A DNA stretch of 64,000 nucleotides from a virus. Taxonomy: Duplodnaviria > Caudoviricetes. Each line of letters opens with the position of its first letter. Position 1 is the stretch's first letter. Below, piece after piece: positions 55,501 through 64,000 of the stretch. The notes under the pieces are model-generated. The model saw nothing but the letters and a program-made list of their open reading frames with translations, searched no databases and had not been told where the DNA came from. Made by a program: the position numbers and the translations under genes. The stretch lies in IMG/VR virus record IMGVR_UViG_3300015615_000196, positions 298,604 through 362,603 of that record; one strand, given 5' to 3'.

Positions 55501-58242
55501 ACGGTTGGATTGATTGCTCGATGTCCCTGCAACTTCTGATGATGTCCAAAGAAGATAAGGACACCTTCATGAAGTATTTCAACTTGGCGAAGGAGCAGTA
55601 CCCTGACTCATTCAAAAAAGAAGGAGAATGAAACGATACAAAGAACACGAAAAACTGCAAACAGTAAAGGATAGCAGCCAAACTATCGGTGAATTCATCG
55701 AATGGTGCAATAACAAAGGCATCTTTCTTGGAGAATATGATCGCTTCGATGAACTTGTACCAACAAGAAAAAACACGGAGACTTTGCTTGCAGAATTCTT
55801 TAAGATCGACTTGAAAAAACTTGAACAAGAGAAACGTGACATGTTGAATGCTTGCAGAGTGAATTACGGCAAAACAAAATAAGTGATGCTTGAAGTACTG
55901 TACGAAGAAATGAAGCAAAGGTTGGCTTACCTTGAATTGGAAAGCTACAACTACGAGAATGAAATAAGAGCAGCAGAACTCACACTGGTAATGGTGAGGG
56001 TTCAACAAATGATGTTGGAAGAATTAGAAAAGAAGAACGATGGAGACAATAAGTCTGGAAGCTAAAGCAAGAGAATGGCTTGCCTACAACCGTAAAGGTG
56101 AAGTAGCGGGGATTGAAGTGCAAATCTTCAAATCCTCATTTGGCATTGTTGTCTACTTCTACGATGAAGAAACATGGGCTGATCTTCCGTACTTCCTCAC
56201 CGTACCAATGGTGAACGAATTGATGGAAGGCAAGAATCCGAAGAAAGTAAAGAACCAATACGCACAAAGAAGAAATGAAACTGTTGAAACAAATAGCTGA
56301 GGCCGTAGGTAAATTCGGTGCATGGGTGATCGAAGCATTCTGGTCGATCATTGCTGGTGTGTTTGTTATCGGTGTGATTATCATGGTGTTAATGATGTTC
56401 GCACCCATCCTGCTTTATCTTGGCGTGGTGTTCATGTACATCTTGATGGTCTTTGCATACATCATTGGTGTGCTTATCTTTGTGGGGATTGTTTCCCTGA
56501 TCATTGCATTAATATCATTTGTTATTGACCTCATATCGAGTTTATTCTAATGGAAAAGAAAGAACGCATACGAAGATTTTTAGTTTGTGTTGATGGTGAT
56601 GGACACTTTCATGTTGTCAACGCAGCCAACAGAGAGAAAGTTATTCGTGTGTTGAAGAAGATCGAGGACGGTGACTATTTTAAAAATGAAATAGCAGATA
56701 GTGATAAAGATGAACATCAACTCTACGAATTGAATAATAAACAATGGATGGAGTTTCTTTGTAATATTCAAAGCAGAGGACGCATGGAGATCGTGGACTT
56801 AAACAAACAAGTATAATGGAAAAGGAAAAATTTTTCGATGTAAAATTCAACAGTGAATACACCGAAGCCACTGGTAGAACAACAACCAGACCTTATGACT
56901 TTGAAATCAAATCTTATTTCAGAGAAATATCTTTCATTTGCGAAGTTCGTGACTACTATCCTGCCCCTGACGGTAATGGATTCATCTGGAAAGCAAAGAT
57001 CGAGAAACGAAATGCGATGATCGTTCCAGAAGACAGATACCGTAAGATCACGAATTGCTCTGGATTGGATGAATGGAATGTGAGATTCGGCATTGAAGAA
57101 ATGCAGGAGATTCTTATCGCACACGGCTATGAGATCATCGTTCACACTGGCAAAGCAGAGATCAATGAAACTTCATCTGAATTCGGTTCTGGTGAAGTAA
57201 GACGCACTGGACGCAAATGGATTGAAAATGTTGAACGTATACTTGCGATAAAACCAGAAGACAAGAATGATTTGCCTGTATGGAACGATTCGTACAGAGC
57301 AAGTTACTTGGACTTTACTAATGTGTTCAAGCGTTTGATGAAAGAAAAACTTGCGAAACTGTGAGAAGCGCATTGATCGAAAAGATATTGAAGGAGACTC
57401 CATTGGATACTCGACTCAAGGTCAGTAACCAGATGGCATTCATTCATTTGATTACCGAACTCGGCTACAGAGAAGATCGTGGATGGGATGAAGAGAATGA
57501 AGAAGACAACCGTATTCTTTTGAAGCTGACCAAGCTGGCAGATGAACACACTGGTCATCAAATGAAATCCATTGAGAAATGGAAGGCAGACTTCGGTCAC
57601 TCAAACCTTAAACAAATTTTGAAGGGCAAGATTGAGGAAGCCATCGACAGTGAGAAGTATGGCCCAAACTTCATTGCTGGTCTGGTGTTTGTAAAGAACA
57701 TCTTACTTGCAGAGATCGATCCTGAACCCAAAGTAGAAATCAAGGAACGCATTGAATACGTTGACAAGGAACTTGAAGAAGGCAAACGCTACAAGACCAA
57801 GTTCCAGACTGGTGAATTCTTTACGATCAAGAAGATCATACGTAAAGCACCAACCAACAAGATCATAAGGGTTGAAGGTCTCTACGACCGTGACCTGTAT
57901 TTGATGTGTCCACTTGACCCGGAGAGACTTATCCCCGAACAAGAACCTATCACAGTAAAGTACGAAGTCTGTGCTGGCTGTGGCAAACCAATTGAAGATG
58001 GAAAATGATTGGATTGACATTAAAGAACGTATGCCTGAATTCACAGGCAGTGAAGACGTTCGTGGTGGTGAGAAATCGACTGCCATTGTAGAAGTAAAGT
58101 ACAACGATGGTACGACTGGTGAAGGTCTGTACCGTGACAATTACTATCGTGCGAGTTGGATGACTCGTGAGGGAAGCGTAGGCTTTCTTTTCAATCGTGC
58201 TTGGGGTGGAGTGCTTGTAACGCATTGGAGACCTAAAGCATA

Positions 58243-59034
58243 ATGGCAAGACTTGTATTACAACAAAACCTTCTTGCAGAGAACGACTACCACGAATTAA
58301 CTGGTATCTGCAATGAACACGGGATTGAAGTAGAACCTGTGACTGTCATTCCTTTCACCGAAGAACTCCCTGACTTCAAGGTTAAAGCCGACAATTTCTA
58401 CTACGGTTCCACTACGTTCATCAACAACGTATACGAGCAATTGAATAAGCCGAAGGGCATCTTCTACGATGCACAGAACTTCCAGATCAGTAACTACGTG
58501 AAGCAATGGGGTGAGCATATGCTTAACTGCAATGCAACGTTTACCACGATCAAAGAACTTGCTAATATGGACTTCGATCCAAAGAAGTTGCTGTTCATCA
58601 GACCAGATGGAGACGGTAAAGAATTCGATGGACAAGTTCTTGAATTCGAGAAGATCAAAGAATGGGATAAGAACCTTGTACTGGTCAGTGAGAAGTTCAC
58701 ACGTAATTCTCCCATACTGGTAAGCGAACCATACAACATCACAAGGGAATGGAGACTGTATGTCGTAAACGGTGAGATCATAACTGGTTCACAATACAGA
58801 GAGAACTTCAAGTTGAAGAAGAACGCATACGTTCCTGACAGTGTGATCGAATACGCTTACTACAGGATAACCGAATACTGTCCTTCACCTTGCTTTGCCA
58901 TTGACATTTGTGAGACAGGTGGTGATGCATACATAATCGAATGTGGTTGCATTAACTCCGTTGGTTTTTATGCCAGTGACAAAAAGAAACTGCTACTCGC
59001 AATACTAAAATACATCGACAATGAAACGCATTAA
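58243..59034 (+). CDS. ATP-grasp domain protein (R2K/DUF4343-like)
   Basis: YGS, HMLN, LFIRP...KEFDG, EWRLYVVNG...GSQY, FAIDI, IIECGCINSVGFY. Confidence 0.8.
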   Translation: MARLVLQQNLLAENDYHELTGICNEHGIEVEPVTVIPFTEELPDFKVKADNFYYGSTTFINNVYEQLNKPKGIFYDAQNFQISNYVKQWGEHMLNCNATFTTIKELANMDFDPKKLLFIRPDGDGKEFDGQVLEFEKIKEWDKNLVLVSEKFTRNSPILVSEPYNITREWRLYVVNGEIITGSQYRENFKLKKNAYVPDSVIEYAYYRITEYCPSPCFAIDICETGGDAYIIECGCINSVGFYASDKKKLLLAILKYIDNETH

Positions 59035-59422
59035 AGACTTCTTCATTTGGGTGTTGAGTTTCGTACCGAAGATCGACCCTGACGAATACGGTAAAAGAAA
59101 GTACCGTGCTGAAAGAGACAACTACAGGAAATACAGTTAATGATTGCACTGATCAACAGAGATAAGTTACGCAATTCCCTGAAATATGTTTCCAACCCTG
59201 CACTACTGAAACACGTATATTGGGAGAAGGAATTTATTTGGGGTGTCTTTGAAATCAGACCAAGCAAAAACCCGGAATGGAGACTGTACACGATTAAGTA
59301 CAAATTGAAGAAAAACCCCAACATCACCCTCCAAACTGTGGTTCGGGCCAAGAGAAACAACTCGGCAATTAAAATAGCAGAAATCATAAGGAAGTTCTAC
59401 GTATAATTTGTATTTTTGATTC

Positions 59423-59803
59423 ATGGGAGACTTTAACGAATTGGGGCAAATCGCCCTCAGAATAACACAGAGCAAAGGATTCATGCTCAGTGATAATGAA
59501 GATACTGCAAGACAGATTGCACTCATGCACACGGAACTCTCCGAAGCACTTGAAGCAGATCGAATGGATAAGTACAGCAATCCATTGGATATAAACGCAG
59601 GAGAGATCATCAGTGATCCCGAACACTTTCAGAGATTCTACGAAGAAAACATAAAAGGAACTTTCGAAGAAGAAATGGCAGACATCATCATTCGTGTTCT
59701 GCAATTCTCAGCGTACAAGAAACTTGACTTGGACTCACACGTCAAATTCAAAATGCGCTACAACGCAGAACGTCCATTCAAACACGGAAACAAAAAGTAC
59801 TAA
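59423..59803 (+). CDS. MazG-like NTP pyrophosphohydrolase
   Basis: IALMHTELSEALEADR...EEEMADIIIR...KMRYN..RPFKHG.K.Y. Confidence 0.85.
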   Translation: MGDFNELGQIALRITQSKGFMLSDNEDTARQIALMHTELSEALEADRMDKYSNPLDINAGEIISDPEHFQRFYEENIKGTFEEEMADIIIRVLQFSAYKKLDLDSHVKFKMRYNAERPFKHGNKKY

Positions 59804-59804
59804 C

Positions 59805-60656
59805 ATGAACATAAGCGAAAGAGAACTTTGGTCAAAGCTATTAGCTTTCCAGATTGATGAACCCGGTACAACCTTCACGTTTGCAAAGCGATTGGCAAAT
59901 GAAAACGGTTGGAGTCTCAGGTACAGTGAACGAGTTATTCTTGAATACAAGAAGTTCCTGTTCCTCTGTGTGGTAGGCAATACAATCGTAACGCCTTCCG
60001 ATCCCGTTGACCAAGCATGGCACTTGCACATGATCTATACGAATTCGTATTGGAACAAGTTGTGCAAGCAAACCTTAAATAAGCAAATCCACCACAACCC
60101 GACTAAAGGTGGAAAGGCAGAGAACAGCAAGTACAACGATGCCTACAGCAAGACACGAGCACTGTACACGGCAACGTTCAACGAACTTCAACCATCAGAC
60201 ATTTGGCAGGGTAATGAAGAACGTTTCAGTGACATTGACTTCCAAAGAGTCAACATGAAGAAGTCATGGGTGATTCCGAAGCCAAGAATCTTCATGAAGT
60301 ACAGTATCTTCACGCTTCTTCTCGCACTCTTGTCCTTCTCATTCGTTGCAATGACAGATGCAGAAGTCTTCTGGATAGTTACCATTGCAATTGTGATTGG
60401 CATCATCCTGCTTATCATCCTGTTCAATAGTGGAGGCAACAACAAACGCAATCGAAACAACGGAAGTTCGAGTAGCAGTAGTTCGAGTGGAAGCGGTTGT
60501 AGTAGTGGTGGGTTCTTCATCATTGGTTGCAGCAGTGGCAGCAGCGATTCATCACACGGAAGTGGATGCTCGTCTGGTAGTTCTGGTTGTGGAAGTAGCG
60601 GATGCAGCAGTGGTTGTGGCGGTGGTGGCTGCGGAGGCGGTGGATGTAGTTCGTAA
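59805..60656 (+). CDS. glycine-rich-domain membrane protein with Gly/Ser/Cys tail (GRDP/TIGR04222-like)
   Basis: RLANENGWS...EYKKFLFL...TPSDPVDQAWHLH...HHNPTKGG, two TMs, tail SSGCGGGGCGGGGCSS. Confidence 0.8.
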   Translation: MNISERELWSKLLAFQIDEPGTTFTFAKRLANENGWSLRYSERVILEYKKFLFLCVVGNTIVTPSDPVDQAWHLHMIYTNSYWNKLCKQTLNKQIHHNPTKGGKAENSKYNDAYSKTRALYTATFNELQPSDIWQGNEERFSDIDFQRVNMKKSWVIPKPRIFMKYSIFTLLLALLSFSFVAMTDAEVFWIVTIAIVIGIILLIILFNSGGNNKRNRNNGSSSSSSSSGSGCSSGGFFIIGCSSGSSDSSHGSGCSSGSSGCGSSGCSSGCGGGGCGGGGCSS

Positions 60657-60958
60657 ACATAAGACTATGGAAACATACTACAGTGATTTATCAATGAATG
60701 AACGGATTGAAGTCGATGAACAATTGGCCGATCAACCCGAAGTTCTGAAAGAAGTACAGGATGATCACTATTGCGCAAAGTGCTTCATGATCTGGTACAA
60801 CTGCTTGTGCAGTCACGATGACTAAAAATTTATTGTAATTTGTTTGGTTATAATGATACTTTTAGTAATTTTGTTTCGGACTTAGCCGAATCCAATAAGA
60901 GAGGCATTAAATTAACTAAAGGAATTGACCCAATCCAACAAGAGAGGTCACAAATTTT

Positions 60959-61852
60959 ATGGGACGACCTAAAAAGGTAGTTACCGATGACAAGTCAGTC
61001 ACGGAACTAAAAATCAACGCCATTCCCAACATCAGGGAATTCACAATCAAAGAACTACGTAAAGTAGAAGTACCAACTTTCCAACGATGGATAGTTGAAA
61101 AAAACAAAGTTCAACTTGGCCAATCAATTTTAGATGTCGGCATGTTAAGATGCCCGGTAATTTTCTTCATTAAATCGAAGAAAGCATACCAAATTATCGA
61201 TGGTAATCACATGAGAGAGATTATTACTGATAAAACAAATCCGAATTACAAAGACGCAGATAAAATTTCTTGCATATATCAAGAAGTTGAAACCGAAACT
61301 GAATCGGCCAATGCGTTTAAAATGCTTAATACGAAAGGTAAGCAATTAGATTGGGTTGATATTACTAATCTTTACATGTTCACTAAAGACGGTGATAATG
61401 TTTATAAAGATATTTGGATTTTATTGGGGAATCCAAAAAATCTAAATGAGGTTAGACCACCGAAAGGCTTTAGTGTACCTACCATCGTTGAAGTCATTGC
61501 TGGCGATAAAGGTAAATATCGGAATGGTAATGGCGAATTTGAACAACCGCGCCAACCACGTAAGCAACTACTTAGTTATCTTATGGCATATGCAAATGAT
61601 CATTGGAATCGATCAATTGGTATTGATGGTGCACGACCCAATGGAGCATCGATCATTGGATTTGCCAACTACTGGTTTAGAGAACAGCACCACAAAAATT
61701 TTGGCGAAGCAGATTTTCTTGATTTAATCACTGAAATTTTTGTGCAAAAAAGTAGTCAGTTGGAATCCGGTGAATTAGTTATCAACAGGGAAAATGCAGG
61801 AAAATTGCTTCATAAATTAATGCAGCAAAAATTCCAACCAGAAAACGTTTAA
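60959..61852 (+). CDS. ParB/Srx-like N-terminal domain protein
   Basis: PTFQRW, SIL..G..CPV, YQIIDGNH, F..LN..GK; AT-rich; own terminator. Confidence 0.6.
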   Translation: MGRPKKVVTDDKSVTELKINAIPNIREFTIKELRKVEVPTFQRWIVEKNKVQLGQSILDVGMLRCPVIFFIKSKKAYQIIDGNHMREIITDKTNPNYKDADKISCIYQEVETETESANAFKMLNTKGKQLDWVDITNLYMFTKDGDNVYKDIWILLGNPKNLNEVRPPKGFSVPTIVEVIAGDKGKYRNGNGEFEQPRQPRKQLLSYLMAYANDHWNRSIGIDGARPNGASIIGFANYWFREQHHKNFGEADFLDLITEIFVQKSSQLESGELVINRENAGKLLHKLMQQKFQPENV

Positions 61853-61858
61853 TATTTT

Positions 61859-61886
61859 GCCCCCCATCAGAAATGGTGGGGGGTTT
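61859..61886 (+). terminator. intrinsic terminator
   Basis: GCCCCCCATCA-GAAA-TGGTGGGGGGT followed by TT. Confidence 0.7.
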
Positions 61887-62055
61887 AAGACTTAAAATAA
61901 ATTATGGACAAGGTTGAAATGTTATTCGCAGACATCTTAAAATGGACTTTGATCGTATTGGTCATTGCCTTTGTTGTCTGTGTGGTAGTGTAAGTTTTTA
62001 CTGTTACTACCAAATCAATAGTTATTCGTGCAGTCTACCTAAACACAACAAAAAA

Positions 62056-63447
62056 ATGAATCAGAATTTTACATTCGTCAGAAAAATCAAGTTGGGTATT
62101 ATTAATGACACCAAAGAAGGTAAAAATGCTGATTATGAAAGAATGAGAAGCATCCAGTATCATAGCTGGAAACTTGCCAATCGAATAGTACAAGGTCAAT
62201 TCTTCTTACGATTCTTTCCCGAAGTGATACTTTTTAAACACCCCGATACTTATGAACTATACAAAGAGATACAAGGTAGAATAACCAAGATCAGTCAGAT
62301 TAAAAAGAAAACGGATTTGGACAAGGCAGAACTGAAATCCTGCTATGCCCAAATTAAAGACATTCAGAAACAGTTCGAGATTGAAATCGAAGAATACCGT
62401 AGAAATGGGTCAATCCAGAATTTCACGTATGCATTCAACGCTGACGAATACCGTGATCTTATTCCATCTACGGTTCGTGCATCATTGAATCAAAAGGTAT
62501 TCAAAGATTTCAATACCAGATATAAAAACTTCTTGCAAGGTAATGCATCAATTCAAACGTACAAGAAAACGTTGGCCGTCCCTTTTCAAGGGAAAAGTAT
62601 TATTGATCTAAAATTAGAAAAGGAAGGGTTTACTTTTAATTTATTTGGAATTAAGTTCCTGTGCTTGCTTGGTAAGGATGGAAATAATACCAAACACATT
62701 CTCACCCACTTGACAAATAAAACCGATGAATTCAAACTCAATGATTCATCATTCATGTTTAAGGACGGGGAATTGTTCATGAATATGAACTTATCCTCGA
62801 ACGTGGTGAAGGTAAAGAAAAACCCGAATATTGTTGCGGGTATCGATCTTGGTGTTAGTCGCATGGCTACGATGGTCATTCGTGACCGTTCCTCCGATTC
62901 CTCCACCAATTATATCGAACGTAGATTCTTCGGGGATGATTCGTTAATGAAACGTGCGATGTTCTACCAGAACAAAAGATCAAATGTTAATCGTAGCTAC
63001 CTGACCAAAACAGGAAAAGGAAGACTTCATGCAGTTAAATCAAAAAATCAGAATCTTGATAAGTTCGCAAGATTTCGCGATAACTTCAATAAAAAGATTG
63101 CTCATGATATAATACAAAGATGCATTGCAAACAACGTATCGGTTATCGTAATGGAGGATTTAAGTAAAATCGGAGAACTTAATTTCTTTATGAAGAATTG
63201 GCCTTATTTTGATCTTCAAACCAAGATTGAAAACAAAGCCAAAGAATATGGAATTAAGGTTGAGTATGTTGACCCCGCATATACCTCACAAACATGTCCT
63301 GCTTGTGGACATGTGGGTAAAGAAAACAGGGAGATTCAAAAGCACTTTGAATGTAAATCCTGTGGTGTGAAGGGTAATGCTGATGTAATCGGAGCCATAA
63401 ATATTGCCAACAAAATTCCGATTGAATCATTGCAAGTCTCAGTTTAA
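62056..63447 (+). CDS. cas12f: Cas12f-like / TnpB-family RNA-guided nuclease (~463 aa; start reassigned to ATG 62056)
   Basis: RuvC-I AGIDLG, RuvC-II VIVMEDL, WPYFDLQTKIENKA..YGI.V..VDPAYTSQTCPACG, CKSCG zinc ribbon, RuvC-III NADVIGAINIA; directly upstream of a CRISPR array. Confidence 0.85.
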   Translation: MNQNFTFVRKIKLGIINDTKEGKNADYERMRSIQYHSWKLANRIVQGQFFLRFFPEVILFKHPDTYELYKEIQGRITKISQIKKKTDLDKAELKSCYAQIKDIQKQFEIEIEEYRRNGSIQNFTYAFNADEYRDLIPSTVRASLNQKVFKDFNTRYKNFLQGNASIQTYKKTLAVPFQGKSIIDLKLEKEGFTFNLFGIKFLCLLGKDGNNTKHILTHLTNKTDEFKLNDSSFMFKDGELFMNMNLSSNVVKVKKNPNIVAGIDLGVSRMATMVIRDRSSDSSTNYIERRFFGDDSLMKRAMFYQNKRSNVNRSYLTKTGKGRLHAVKSKNQNLDKFARFRDNFNKKIAHDIIQRCIANNVSVIVMEDLSKIGELNFFMKNWPYFDLQTKIENKAKEYGIKVEYVDPAYTSQTCPACGHVGKENREIQKHFECKSCGVKGNADVIGAINIANKIPIESLQVSV

Positions 63448-63499
63448 TTCTGTTATTTTGTTTTAAGAAAATTCGTTCATTGAAATATTATTTTATCCT

Positions 63500-63650
63500 C
63501 TTACCAATTTGGTACGAGAATAAAAAGCGTTAGTTGTGTTTAAATACTCCCGCTTATGGGATGAAACGCAAAGGTGAGGTTGTAACATTGAATAATTATC
63601 TACTATTGTGGTAGATGTTATAACACTCGCTAATACCTTTTTAATTTTTA
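63500..63650 (+). ncRNA. putative tracrRNA
   Basis: Anti-repeat TACCTTTTTAATTT (63634-63647) pairs 13 of 14 with repeat nt 15-28 (two G-U pairs); GTTGTG (63533-63538) complements the repeat 3' end CACAAC; intervening stems. Boundaries approximate. Confidence 0.65.
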
Positions 63651-63697
63651 AAATTGAGTTGAAACGCTCAGATATTCAGAGGATTAATTCAGATTGA

Positions 63698-63996
63698 GTT
63701 GTTGATCTATTGAATTTGAAAGGTAGTCACAACATCGACTATACGTTGACATCCGTGTTAGTGGTTGTTGATCTATTGAATTTGAAAGGTAGTCACAACT
63801 TGACCTTGTTGTTCAAACTAAAGTCAAATGTTGTTGATCTATTGAATTTGAAAGGTAGTCACAACGAGCGTATCAGTATCCATACAGCAATGAAGTTGTT
63901 GATCTATTGAATTTGAAAGGTAGTCACAACTGGATCAATATAGGTCGTTAGGAAAAACATGTTGTTGATCTATTGAATTTGAAAGGTAGTCACAAC
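63698..63996 (+). CRISPR. CRISPR array: 5 identical 36-nt repeats and 4 complete spacers, likely continuing past the window
   Basis: Repeat GTTGTTGATCTATTGAATTTGAAAGGTAGTCACAAC at 63698, 63764, 63830, 63895 and 63961; unique spacers of 30, 30, 29 and 30 nt. Confidence 0.98.
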
Positions 63997-64000
63997 ACAT

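Noticed and set aside
61942-62055. Cys-rich N-terminal extension of the 501-aa Cas12f ORF
   Set aside because: It overlaps a small TM ORF (about 61904-61993) in another frame; ATG 62056 has a typical A-rich leader and starts the recognisable domain.
2118-62909. Numerous antisense and alternate-frame ORFs in the ORF track
   Set aside because: They are shadows of well-supported genes on the coding strand.
62056-63447. IS200/IS605 or IS607 transposon
   Set aside because: No TnpA or recognisable transposon ends; the adjacent array and anti-repeats favour a Cas effector.
63591-63616. AATAATTATCTACTATTGTGGTAGAT resembles a Cas12a direct repeat
   Set aside because: Single imperfect copy lying inside the predicted tracrRNA stem; better explained as a hairpin of that RNA.
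63710-63910. 66-aa ORF with repeated LLNLKGSHN
   Set aside because: Translation of the CRISPR repeats.
1-64000. Whole-region TAG recoding (genetic code 15)
   Set aside because: Conserved genes are uninterrupted in code 11 and several ORFs end in TAG directly before promoter motifs.

Overview
This window looks like the accessory/early region of a large lytic dsDNA (jumbo-type) phage, most likely infecting a Bacteroidota host. Evidence: TAnnTTTG promoter elements, A-rich translation starts without Shine-Dalgarno sites, Bacteroidota-type membrane proteins, and about 130 short, tightly overlapping ORFs. No structural genes were recognised. Recognisable genes: PIF1-like helicase, nucleotidyltransferases, RfbB, GAF-HisKA protein, pentapeptide protein, NDT, 5'(3')-deoxyribonucleotidase, PARG-like protein, SGNH hydrolase, three MazG-like proteins, C39 peptidase, ATP-dependent DNA ligase, KH protein, rIIA/rIIB, an outer-membrane barrel, RtcB, Nudix, two ParB-like proteins and an ATP-grasp protein. 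The most notable elements are: (1) a compact type V CRISPR locus at the right edge, with an ~463-aa Cas12f/TnpB-like nuclease with intact RuvC motifs, a candidate tracrRNA with a split anti-repeat, and an array whose 36-nt repeats and 29-30-nt spacers look like Bacteroidota type VI-B/II-C arrays; (2) an ~560-nt, independently promoted and terminated, highly structured ncRNA with two tRNA-like domains upstream of rIIA; (3) an amber-suppressor tRNA(CUA) heading a cassette of unusual structured RNAs, including a tRNA body with a 48-nt insert in place of the anticodon loop; (4) a phage-specific ECF-like promoter AAC(C/T)TT-N13/14-CGTATAA seen 17 times. All protein calls come from motif recognition by eye; no database searches were run.
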